Part shown: positions 31,520-39,833 of the stretch, piece by piece
Layout of the letters: the number at the start of each line of letters is the position of its first letter
Numbering within the stretch: position 1 is the stretch's first letter
Source of the DNA: Tissierellales bacterium
GTDB taxonomy: Bacteria; Bacillota; Clostridia; Tissierellales; JASKZW01
Assembly: GCA_030152145.1 (NCBI GenBank)
Contig: JASLIL010000025.1
Coordinates: 34,528-98,527, forward strand
Direction: 5' to 3'
Length of the DNA stretch: 64,000 bases
Program-made: the position numbers and the translations under genes
The notes under the pieces: generated by a model
The model's database searches: none
What the model saw: only the letters and a program-made list of their open reading frames with translations
What the model was told of the DNA's origin: nothing

Positions 31520-31547
31520 GGGCTCTGGTTACCAGTGGCCCTTTTTT
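31520..31547 (+). terminator. Rho-independent terminator after eno
   Basis: GGGCTCTGG / CCAGTGGCCC forms an imperfect stem of about 10 bp, followed by TTTTTT. Confidence 0.7.
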
Positions 31548-31600
31548 ATGTCTAGGGATTTTAAGGGTCCTTTATTTTAGCTTAACCAGGACAGTTTCCT

Positions 31601-31629
31601 TTGATTTTAGCTGGGATTTATGATAAAAT
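31601..31629 (+). promoter_or_regulatory. Sigma-A promoter with extended -10 upstream of secG
   Basis: TTGATT (31601-31606), 17-nt spacer, TG-A-TAAAAT (31621-31629). Confidence 0.45.
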
Positions 31630-31682
31630 ACTAGTGTTAAGTATGATTAGGATAAGAATCCACTAATACAGGAGGTGTGAAT

Positions 31683-31910
31683 ATGGTTACAGTATTTTCA
31701 ATATTATTATTAGTATCAGCTATAACTTTAATAGTTACTGTTTTGATGCAAGAAAGCAGCTCAGAGGGTATGGGAGCTATTGCTGGAGGAGCAGAAACTA
31801 TATGGGGAAAAAATAAATCTAATAGTAAGGATGCTATGTTAGCAAGATTAACAACTATAGCTGCTGTTATATTTATGGTTTCAGCTGTTGCTATAGCTGC
31901 TATTCAATAG
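31683..31910 (+). CDS. secG: Preprotein translocase subunit SecG
   Basis: About 75 aa with two TM helices and a Gly-rich loop (SSSEGMGAIAGGAE). GGAGG lies 7 nt upstream of ATG 31683. Confidence 0.8.
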   Translation: MVTVFSILLLVSAITLIVTVLMQESSSEGMGAIAGGAETIWGKNKSNSKDAMLARLTTIAAVIFMVSAVAIAAIQ

Positions 31911-31965
31911 GAATTATTATTAAAATAATATTTACACTTATGAAAAGTGGAGTTAATAGATATAG

Positions 31966-31992
31966 AACCCCTCAGCTAGAGGGGTTTTATTA
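31966..31992 (+). terminator. Rho-independent terminator after secG
   Basis: AACCCCTC-AGCTA-GAGGGGTT followed by a T-rich run. Confidence 0.75.
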
Positions 31993-32044
31993 TTATATTT
32001 CAAGAAAAATGGGGTAGATATACCTTATGAAAGGAGGAAGGAAG

Positions 32045-34165
32045 ATGGGAATAAAAGAAGCCATATTAAAATTAATGGAAGAGGAAAACTATATAGCACA
32101 GGACCTGGACTCTCTTTTAAAGATCTTTGGATTTACCAGCAAGGGTGATAAAAAAGCCTTTAAAGAAGTTATAAGAGATATGGAAAAAGAGTATGCCATA
32201 GTTAAGGGACCTACAGGTAAATACGACTTGTTGGATCCATCCCAATATATAATGGGAGAACTACAGGGTCATGAAAAGGGCTTTGGTTTTTTAATACCAG
32301 ATGACAAGGAAATAAGAGATATATTTATACCTATAGACTATATGTTAGATGCCTTTAGTGGAGATAGGGTAATGGCAGAAGTCACCAAGGAAAGACAGGA
32401 TGACAGAAGTGCTGAAGGTAGGATCTTAAAGGTTCTTGAAAGAAAAAATGATACCATAGTAGGAACCTTTCAAAAAAGCAAGAATTTTGGTTTTGTAGTA
32501 CCAGATAATAAGAAGATAAACTATGATGTCTTTATACCTAAGTCAGAGATGAAGAAGGCCAAGGAAGGCCAGAAGGTAGTGGCTAAGATTGATGTTTGGC
32601 CTAGGGCTGGAAAAAATCCTGAAGGAAAGATACTGGAGGTTTTAGGTTATCCTAGTGACAAGGGAGTAGACATACTTTCAATAGTGAAGGATATGAGACT
32701 GCCTTATATCTTCCCAGAGGAAGTTAAGAGAGAGATAAAGTCTATACCTGAGGAAGTTAAGGAGGATGACTTAAGGGACAGGGAAGACCTAAGGGACTTA
32801 AAGACCTTTACCATAGATGGCATAGACGCCAAGGACTTGGATGATGCTATTTCCATAGAGCTAAATGACGCTGGAAACTACCTGTTGGGAGTTCATATAG
32901 CAGATGTTAGCCACTATGTGACAAATAAGACAGCTATTGACGATGAAGCCTATATAAGGGGTAACTCAGTTTATCTAATAGATAGGGTTATACCTATGCT
33001 ACCAAGGGAGCTGTCAAATGGTATATGTAGTTTAAATGAGGGAGTGGACAGGCTTACCCTATCAGTTTTTATGGAGATAGACAGGAATGGTAGTGTAAAG
33101 TACCACAAGATAACAGAGGGAGTTATAAGAAGCCAGAGAAGATTGGTTTATGACCATGTATCAGACTTTTTAGAAGGCAAGGGCAGCCACCCAAGTCTTA
33201 TAGATCTAGAGGAAGAAATAGAAAACCTAAGGGATCTGGCAGATATCTTAAGAGAGAAAAGAAGAAAACGTGGCAGCATAGACTTTGATATACCAGAAAC
33301 AGAAATAAAATTAGATGACACGGGCTATCCAGTCCACATAGGACCTAGGGATAGGAGGGTGGCAGATAAGATTATTGAAGAGTGTATGCTAGTTTGCAAC
33401 GAAACAGTAGCAGAGGACATGTATTGGTCTGAACTACCCTTCCTATATAGGATTCACGAAGAACCTGATATGGATAGAATAGCTACCTTTAACAAGTTTA
33501 TCCATAACTTTGGCTACAAGTTAAAGGCAACCCAGGAGGTTCATCCTAAGGAGCTGCAAAAGCTAACAGATGAGGTTAAGGGCAAGAAGGAAGAGGCTCT
33601 TATAAATACTCTTATGTTAAGATCCCTTAAAAAAGCTATCTACACTCCAGAGGATGACATGCACTTTGGACTAGCAGCCCAGTACTACACACACTTTACA
33701 GCACCTATAAGAAGATATGCAGACCTAATAGTTCACAGGATAGTAAAGGACTATGTAAAGGGCAAGCTATCAGCTAGAAAACAGGAAAGTCTAGAGGAAA
33801 GGCTGCCTAAGATAGGGGACCATGTTTCAAAGACAGAGAGAAAGGCTGAGGAAGCAGAAAGAGCTGTAGAAGACTTAAAGATGGCAGAGTATATGTTGGA
33901 TAAAATAGGCCAGGAGTATGAGGGAATAGTATCATCCCTAACTAATTTTGGAATCTTTGTTCAGCTGGAAAATACCATAGAGGGTCTTATTAGATATGAG
34001 TTTTTAAGGGATGACTACTATGTCTTTGATGAGGATAAATATATAGTATATGGTGAGAGAAGTGGCAAGGAATATAGGCTTGGAGATAGGGCAAAAATCA
34101 GAGTTGTAAATGCAGATTTAAATAAGAGAACTATAGATTTTATGTTTGTTAAAGAGGAGGAATAG
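32045..34165 (+). CDS. rnr: Ribonuclease R
   Basis: Cold-shock/OB N-terminal domains, an RNB domain ([13 protein letters not shown]) and a C-terminal S1 domain. AGGAGG lies 7 nt upstream of ATG 32045. Confidence 0.9.
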   Translation: MGIKEAILKLMEEENYIAQDLDSLLKIFGFTSKGDKKAFKEVIRDMEKEYAIVKGPTGKYDLLDPSQYIMGELQGHEKGFGFLIPDDKEIRDIFIPIDYMLDAFSGDRVMAEVTKERQDDRSAEGRILKVLERKNDTIVGTFQKSKNFGFVVPDNKKINYDVFIPKSEMKKAKEGQKVVAKIDVWPRAGKNPEGKILEVLGYPSDKGVDILSIVKDMRLPYIFPEEVKREIKSIPEEVKEDDLRDREDLRDLKTFTIDGIDAKDLDDAISIELNDAGNYLLGVHIADVSHYVTNKTAIDDEAYIRGNSVYLIDRVIPMLPRELSNGICSLNEGVDRLTLSVFMEIDRNGSVKYHKITEGVIRSQRRLVYDHVSDFLEGKGSHPSLIDLEEEIENLRDLADILREKRRKRGSIDFDIPETEIKLDDTGYPVHIGPRDRRVADKIIEECMLVCNETVAEDMYWSELPFLYRIHEEPDMDRIATFNKFIHNFGYKLKATQEVHPKELQKLTDEVKGKKEEALINTLMLRSLKKAIYTPEDDMHFGLAAQYYTHFTAPIRRYADLIVHRIVKDYVKGKLSARKQESLEERLPKIGDHVSKTERKAEEAERAVEDLKMAEYMLDKIGQEYEGIVSSLTNFGIFVQLENTIEGLIRYEFLRDDYYVFDEDKYIVYGERSGKEYRLGDRAKIRVVNADLNKRTIDFMFVKEEE

Positions 34166-34166
34166 T

Positions 34167-34625
34167 ATGTCAGCTGGAAGAAAGATCATAGCTAGTAATA
34201 GAAAGGCTAGACATGAATTCTTTATAGAGGAAACACTGGAGGCAGGAATAGTTCTAAAGGGGACAGAGGTAAAATCCATAAGACAGGGCAGGGTTAACAT
34301 AAAGGAAGCCTATGCTGTTGTAGAGTCTGGTGAGATTTTCATATACAATATGCACATAAGTCCCTATGATCATGGAAACATTCAAAATGTGGATCCTATA
34401 AGGAAGAGAAAGCTTCTTTTAAACAAGAGAGAAATTGGGAAACTAGCAGGTTTGGTTTCCCAAAAGGGAAAGACCCTAGTACCTCTTAGCATATATTTAA
34501 AAAATGGTTTGGTTAAGGTGGAACTTTCAGTAGCCCAGGGTAAGAAGCTTCATGACAAGAGGGAAACCATAGCCAAGAAAGAAGCTGAAAGAAGGATAGA
34601 AAGAGAAGTCAGAGGCAAGTATTAA
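34167..34625 (+). CDS. smpB: SsrA-binding protein
   Basis: The sequence [22 protein letters not shown]...GTEVKS is typical of SmpB. GAGGAGG lies upstream of ATG 34167. Confidence 0.9.
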   Translation: MSAGRKIIASNRKARHEFFIEETLEAGIVLKGTEVKSIRQGRVNIKEAYAVVESGEIFIYNMHISPYDHGNIQNVDPIRKRKLLLNKREIGKLAGLVSQKGKTLVPLSIYLKNGLVKVELSVAQGKKLHDKRETIAKKEAERRIEREVRGKY

Positions 34626-34627
34626 AC

Positions 34628-34656
34628 TTGACAAAATCCCAAAAGCTTGGTATTAT
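34628..34656 (+). promoter_or_regulatory. ssrA promoter
   Basis: TTGACA (34628-34633), 17-nt spacer, TATTAT (34651-34656) preceded by TGG (extended -10). Confidence 0.6.
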
Positions 34657-34678
34657 TAATAGCTGAAGGATTAGATTA

Positions 34679-35031
34679 GGGGACGAAACTGGCTTCGACG
34701 GGGATTTTGAAGCAGGAGTAGCGGGCCGTTGGGTCAACAACGTTAAAAGGGCAAAACTAAATTAAACGCAGAAGATAATAATTTTGCATTAGCTGCTTAA
34801 TCGCAGCTGATAGTTGCCTACAGACTGCCCACGGACTGTAATGCAACTTCAATTAAGTGGGGACCCGCGCTATGCAAAGCTTTGAGCATAGAACGGAACT
34901 TATGAAGCTACCGAAGATCAGATCCTGTTATTGGGAGCTGGTCCTAGGGAATAAAAAAACAATAACTGCGCTCGGAGAGACTCCTGTGAATAGGTTCTCG
35001 GACGTGGGTTCGACTCCCACCGTCTCCACCA
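34679..35031 (+). ncRNA. ssrA: tmRNA (SsrA), tag peptide AEDNNFALAA
   Basis: The 5' GGGGACGAAACTGGCTTCGACGGGG and the 3' GGACGTGGGTTCGACTCCCACCGTCTCCACCA form the tRNA-like domain. The tag reading frame is GCA GAA GAT AAT AAT TTT GCA TTA GCT GCT TAA at 34768-34800. Confidence 0.95.
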
Positions 35032-35036
35032 TACAT

Positions 35037-35063
35037 ACACTAGCCTAGACTAGTGTTTTTTTT
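35037..35063 (+). terminator. Rho-independent terminator after ssrA
   Basis: ACACTAG-CCTAGA-CTAGTGT followed by T8. Confidence 0.8.
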
Positions 35064-35089
35064 ATTTATAAGTAAATGGAGGAATTAAA

Positions 35090-35605
35090 GTGGACATAAG
35101 GGATATACATAAAGATATATTTGAGTATCTTTACATACTAAAAGATGATGGGCTTTTGTTTATGCCAAGATTGAGAAACAATCAAAATAGACTGGAAGAG
35201 GGTTACTACTTTATAGGAAATGAAGATTATTTACAGGTTAGTTTTTGGGATACAAGAGACCAGAAAGAAAAGGTTCATGCTATTGGCTTTATAGTAGATA
35301 AAGAGGGGAAATCTTCTATTCAATTGGCAGCTAGGGACCAGGAAGACAGAAGGCAGGCCTTTGAAGAGCTGGTAGAAGCCTTAAACCAGAAGTTCAAGCT
35401 TTCCTTTAAGTCTTCTAAGAAGGATGGTCTTTGGCTAGGGGAATTTGAATCCCTAGACTATCTAGACAATCTAGAATATTTTTTAAAGAACTACAAGCCT
35501 TTTATAGATGACTATTTAAAGGATGGGGACTTGGTTAAGTTTATAGACAAGGAAAAGTGCAATAAGGCAGTAGATAGGATCTACGGCATATATTCAGGTA
35601 TTTAA
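35090..35605 (+). CDS. Hypothetical protein (171 aa, soluble, no family recognised)
   Basis: GTG start lies 7 nt after GGAGG. It is monocistronic, sitting between the ssrA terminator and its own terminator. I recognise no motif. Confidence 0.6.
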   Translation: MDIRDIHKDIFEYLYILKDDGLLFMPRLRNNQNRLEEGYYFIGNEDYLQVSFWDTRDQKEKVHAIGFIVDKEGKSSIQLAARDQEDRRQAFEELVEALNQKFKLSFKSSKKDGLWLGEFESLDYLDNLEYFLKNYKPFIDDYLKDGDLVKFIDKEKCNKAVDRIYGIYSGI

Positions 35606-35627
35606 TTTATATTAAATACCTTTTTTA
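35597..35627 (+). terminator. Rho-independent terminator
   Basis: GGTATTTAAT-TTAT-ATTAAATACC followed by TTTTTT. The left arm includes the stop codon. Confidence 0.75.
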
Positions 35628-35680
35628 TTGAAAAAATAGGAGGCTTATACTAGTATCTATACTAGAAAGGAGGAAGCTAG

Positions 35681-37039
35681 TTGAGAAAAAATAAATTAGC
35701 AGAAGAAAATGTAAAAAGACTGCTCTTTCTTTTGGCCCTACCCTCTATTGTTGGCCAATTAGTAAGCTTGGTCTATTCAATAGTAGATAGGATCTACATA
35801 GGTCATATAGAAGAAATAGGAGGAGACGCCCTAACTGGTGTAGGTGTGGCTACACCGCTTTTAATAAGCATCTCGGCCTTCGCCATATTAATAGGGATGG
35901 GAGCCTCTCCAAAGGCCAGTATAAAGCTGGGAGAAGGCAGGGAGGATGAGGCAGAGGAAATTCTTGGAAACTCCTTTGTATTACTGCTTATTCTATCTTT
36001 TTTTCTTAGTATTTTCTTCTACATATATAATGAAAGATTGCTACTGGCTTTTGGGGCTAGTTCAGTTACCCTAGAGTATGGCCTGGACTATATGTCTATC
36101 TACTCTTTGGGCATACCCTTTGTCCTTATATCCTTGGGTTTAAACCCCTTTATAAGTGGCCAGGGATTTTCAAAGGAAAGTATGTTTACCCTGGTTCTAG
36201 GGGCAGTTTTAAATCTTATTCTAGACCCTATATTTATATATGGTCTGGATCTAGGAGTAAAGGGAGCAGCTTTGGCAACCCTTATATCTCAGGGAGTTTC
36301 AGCTCTTTGGGTAGTCTACTTTTTAAGCTATGGCAAGAGTAACTTAAAAATAAAAAGAAAGTATTTTAAGCTTAAGAAAGACCTGGTTATATCTATTTTG
36401 GCCCTGGGAATGTCACCTTTTGTAATGCAGTTTACAGAAAGTTTTATAGCCATAGCCTTCAACAAAAGCCTTCAAAGCTATGGTGGCGATGTAGCTGTAG
36501 GGGCTATGACTATCTTAACTACAGCCATGCAGTTTACATTTTTGCCTCTGGCAGGTATAGCCTATGGAGCCCAGCCCATAATTAGCTATAACTATGGGGC
36601 CAGAAAAAAAGAAAGGGTAAGGGATGCCTTTAAGTATTTGATCATAGCTTCCATGGCCTATAGTAGCTTATTTTGGCTATTTCTAATGGTCTTCCCCAGA
36701 AGTTTTGTCTCCATATTTACTGATAATAGGGAGATAATAGAACTGGGGGTTAAGGGACTGAGAACCTACATGGCAGCTGGATTCTTACTAGGGGCCCAAG
36801 AAGCCTGTCAGCAAACCTTTATAGCTCTTGGAAATGCTAGGACATCCTTATTTTTAGCAGTTTTAAGGAAGCTTTTACTCCTACTACCATCTATACTGAT
36901 CTTACCAAGACTCTTGGAAAATCAGCTGTTGGCTGTATTTTTGGCAGAGCCAATATCAGACCTAATAGCAGTAAGCACTACAGTAATACTTTTTACCAGC
37001 TACTTTAAAAGAGTCCTAAGGGACCTAAGCTTAGATTAA
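35681..37039 (+). CDS. MATE family efflux transporter
   Basis: 452 aa with about 12 TM helices and the N-terminal pattern LFLLALPSIVGQLVSLVYSIVDRIYIG. TTG start follows AGGAGG. Confidence 0.85.
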   Translation: MRKNKLAEENVKRLLFLLALPSIVGQLVSLVYSIVDRIYIGHIEEIGGDALTGVGVATPLLISISAFAILIGMGASPKASIKLGEGREDEAEEILGNSFVLLLILSFFLSIFFYIYNERLLLAFGASSVTLEYGLDYMSIYSLGIPFVLISLGLNPFISGQGFSKESMFTLVLGAVLNLILDPIFIYGLDLGVKGAALATLISQGVSALWVVYFLSYGKSNLKIKRKYFKLKKDLVISILALGMSPFVMQFTESFIAIAFNKSLQSYGGDVAVGAMTILTTAMQFTFLPLAGIAYGAQPIISYNYGARKKERVRDAFKYLIIASMAYSSLFWLFLMVFPRSFVSIFTDNREIIELGVKGLRTYMAAGFLLGAQEACQQTFIALGNARTSLFLAVLRKLLLLLPSILILPRLLENQLLAVFLAEPISDLIAVSTTVILFTSYFKRVLRDLSLD

Positions 37040-37040
37040 A

Positions 37041-37098
37041 AGAACCAATAGCTAGTTTAAAAGCCTCAGTCTTAGATTAGCTATTGGTTCTCATTTTT
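37041..37098. terminator. Bidirectional terminator between convergent genes
   Basis: AGAACCAATAGCTA (37041-37054) pairs with TAGCTATTGGTTCT (37078-37091), followed by CATTTTTT. Confidence 0.7.
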
Positions 37099-37104
37099 TG
37101 TAGT

Positions 37105-37491
37105 CTAGTCTAGCTTTCTTAGGTTATAGCTAAAGCCTACAATTTGATGGGTAAAGATAAGCATGTTTTTAAGTTTAAATTTCTCCTTGCCGCTATAGGG
37201 GCTTATAGTGGCATTTCTTACACTTATAAAGTCCCTGCCAGCCAGGTTTTCCTCAAAATTAAAGATAAAGTCAGGCATAAGATCATCAGTTAGCTCATGA
37301 CAGTCTGTAGTCTTCCTTAAATCCCCCTTAAGATCATTGGTCTCCTGGCCATCTTCTATATAGATGTTGCCAGTTATTAAACCAAAATTAGTAACTATCA
37401 TAAGTTCCTTTATATAGTTAGCCTCCAGATCAACTAGGGCATCATAGGACTTTAGTATAGTTTCCTTTAGATCAATTTGATTTCTATTCAT
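37105..37491 (-). CDS. Hypothetical protein (128 aa, soluble, no family recognised)
   Basis: ATG is preceded by GAGGAGGG. The gene is isolated on the minus strand. I recognise no motif. Confidence 0.55.
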   Translation of the reverse strand: MNRNQIDLKETILKSYDALVDLEANYIKELMIVTNFGLITGNIYIEDGQETNDLKGDLRKTTDCHELTDDLMPDFIFNFEENLAGRDFISVRNATISPYSGKEKFKLKNMLIFTHQIVGFSYNLRKLD

Positions 37492-37729
37492 AAAATCCCT
37501 CCTCTATAGTTTTATACCCTAAAGTTCCAGAAGATAAAAAATCCCTTTTTTTCCCTACTGGGCCTAGGCCCAGCTATATTTGTGGTAAACTATTAGTAGG
37601 AGGCTAGAGAAAGCTTTGTTTTTTACTCTATAAGCCAGATAAAAAAATAGGCTGAGACGGGAGATAGGTATTTTTTTATGGAAGTTTTTGTGCTATCATA
37701 GTATAGATATTTTAATAGGGAGTGATTTT

Positions 37730-38635
37730 ATGGAAAAGATTATTGTGGCATTAGGCGGCAATGCACTAGGCAATGACCCTAAGGAACAAGAAGAACTTAC
37801 AAGACAGACAGCAAGATCTATAGTGGATTTAGTTGAAGCAGGAAAAAAAGTAATTGTAAGCCATGGAAATGGTCCTCAGGTTGGAATGATCAATCAAGCT
37901 TTAGAAGAAAACAGCATACCCTTCCCAGAATGTATAGCCATGAGTCAAGGTTACATAGGCTATCACCTTCAAAAAGCAATACTAGAAGAGCTTAATTTAA
38001 GACAAATCAAGAAAAATGTTTCCACAGTAGTAACACAAGTTTTAATAGACCAAGAAGATCCATCACTTAAGGAACCTAAAAAACCTATAGGTGCTTTTTA
38101 TAGTGAAGAGGAAGCTAAGAAAATAGCCAAGGAAAAATCTTACACTATGAAAAATGATTCAAATAGGGGCTGGAGAAGATTTATATCCTCACCTAAACCC
38201 TTGGATATAGTGGAAATAGACACTATAAGAGACCTATATGAAGAGGGACATATAGTTATAGCAGGTGGTGGCGGTGGAGTACCTGTAGTCCGTGAAGGCC
38301 AGAGGCTAAGGGGAGTATCAGGAGTTATAGACAAGGACTTTACAACGGCTTTAATAGGAGAGCTTTTAGGTGTAGATAGGGTCTTAATCTTAACTGCAGT
38401 TGAAAAGGTAGCCATAAACTTTGGCAAGGAAGACCAGGAAGACTTAAGTGAATTAAGGCTTGAAGATGCCAAGAAATATATAGAGGAAGGTCAGTTTGGC
38501 CTTGGTAGCATGCTACCAAAGATAGAGGCCAGCCTTAAGTTTATAGAGGCTAATCCAGGTAAGAAAGCAATAATAACAGATCTAGAAAATGCTAGAGAGG
38601 CCTTGGAAGGCAGAGCGGGAACAATAATTTATTAG
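37730..38635 (+). CDS. arcC: Carbamate kinase
   Basis: MEKIIVALGGNAL, SHGNGPQVG and GGGGVPV motifs. The ORF-track N-terminal extension from 37688 lacks an RBS. Confidence 0.85.
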   Translation: MEKIIVALGGNALGNDPKEQEELTRQTARSIVDLVEAGKKVIVSHGNGPQVGMINQALEENSIPFPECIAMSQGYIGYHLQKAILEELNLRQIKKNVSTVVTQVLIDQEDPSLKEPKKPIGAFYSEEEAKKIAKEKSYTMKNDSNRGWRRFISSPKPLDIVEIDTIRDLYEEGHIVIAGGGGGVPVVREGQRLRGVSGVIDKDFTTALIGELLGVDRVLILTAVEKVAINFGKEDQEDLSELRLEDAKKYIEEGQFGLGSMLPKIEASLKFIEANPGKKAIITDLENAREALEGRAGTIIY

Positions 38636-38644
38636 GATGGTTTT

Positions 38645-39823
38645 ATGGACAATATAGATTTAAAAAAACAAGTTAGGGCTATTATGCCCTGGATAGTAGA
38701 GGTAAGAAGGGATTTTCACAGAAATCCAGAACTGGGGACCCTTGAGAAAAGGACCCAGGCTAAGATAAAAGAATATTTAGACCAGATGGATATTGAGTAT
38801 GAGACCTACTTTAATACAGGCCTAAAGGCTACTATAAGAGGTAGGGAAGGCTCAAAGACAATAGGCCTAAGGGCAGATATGGATGCCCTACCTATTGAGG
38901 ACAAGAAGGAGCTTTCTTATAGTTCAACTAGGGAAGGGGTTATGCATGGCTGTGGCCATGATGCCCATATGGCCATACTACTGGGTGTGGCCAGGATCCT
39001 AGGGGAAAATAGGCATAGCTTAAGGGGAAATGTAGTTCTTATATTTCAACCAGCAGAGGAAACAGTAGGGGGAGCCAAGCCTATGATAGAAGAGGGAGTT
39101 TTAGAGGATCCCTATGTAGATATTATATATGGCCTCCATGTAGACAATAGTATTCCTGTTGGAAAATTTGGAATAAAGTATGGACAAATGAAGGCTGCAT
39201 CTGATATGGTAGATATCGTTATAGAGGGTAAGAAATCTCATGGAGCCTACCCCCAAGATGGAGTAGATGCTATAGCCATAGCAGGTCAGATTATAGTTAC
39301 CATTCAAAGTTTGGTAAGCAGGAGCCTAGATCCTAGGTCTTCTGGAGTGGTAAGTATAGGAAAAATCAAGGGTGGAGAAGCCAGAAATGTAATATGCGAT
39401 AGGGTGGAGATGGAGGCTATAGTTAGGAGCCTTAATCCTAAGGATAGGAAAACTCTTCTTGAAGGACTGGAAAAAATAGTTTCTAATATAGCTAGTTCTA
39501 TGGGAGGAAAGGGGTATATTATAAACAATGAGGGTTACACAGCCCTTATAAATAATGGACAGGCACTTGATCTAGCCTTGGAAAACATCAAGGATTTATT
39601 TGGAGAAGAAGCTATCTATAATATGCCCTATGTAAGTTTTGGAGTGGAGGACTTTGCTTTTTTCTCAGAAGCAAGGCCAGGAGCCTTTATAAATCTAGGA
39701 ACAGGTAATGAGGAAAAAGAGATTAACTATCAGGGTCATACAGACTTGTTTGATATTGATGAAGAGGGCATCTACTATGGTGTACTTCTCCAACTTAAGA
39801 ATGTTTTTAGTGTATTAAGTTAG
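38645..39823 (+). CDS. M20D family amidohydrolase (Ama/HipO/HyuC-type)
   Basis: RRDFHRNPEL, HGCGHDAH and PAEE motifs. Confidence 0.8.
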   Translation: MDNIDLKKQVRAIMPWIVEVRRDFHRNPELGTLEKRTQAKIKEYLDQMDIEYETYFNTGLKATIRGREGSKTIGLRADMDALPIEDKKELSYSSTREGVMHGCGHDAHMAILLGVARILGENRHSLRGNVVLIFQPAEETVGGAKPMIEEGVLEDPYVDIIYGLHVDNSIPVGKFGIKYGQMKAASDMVDIVIEGKKSHGAYPQDGVDAIAIAGQIIVTIQSLVSRSLDPRSSGVVSIGKIKGGEARNVICDRVEMEAIVRSLNPKDRKTLLEGLEKIVSNIASSMGGKGYIINNEGYTALINNGQALDLALENIKDLFGEEAIYNMPYVSFGVEDFAFFSEARPGAFINLGTGNEEKEINYQGHTDLFDIDEEGIYYGVLLQLKNVFSVLS

Positions 39824-39833
39824 GAGGAATAAT

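Noticed and set aside
34857-35048. 63-aa ORF in the supplied track
   Set aside because: It lies entirely inside the tmRNA gene (34679-35031), including the tRNA-like 3' domain. It has no RBS.
35032-37500. Genomic island integrated at the tmRNA 3' end
   Set aside because: There is no integrase or recombinase, no direct repeat of the ssrA 3' end, and no obvious compositional break. Only two small unknown genes and a MATE exporter are present.
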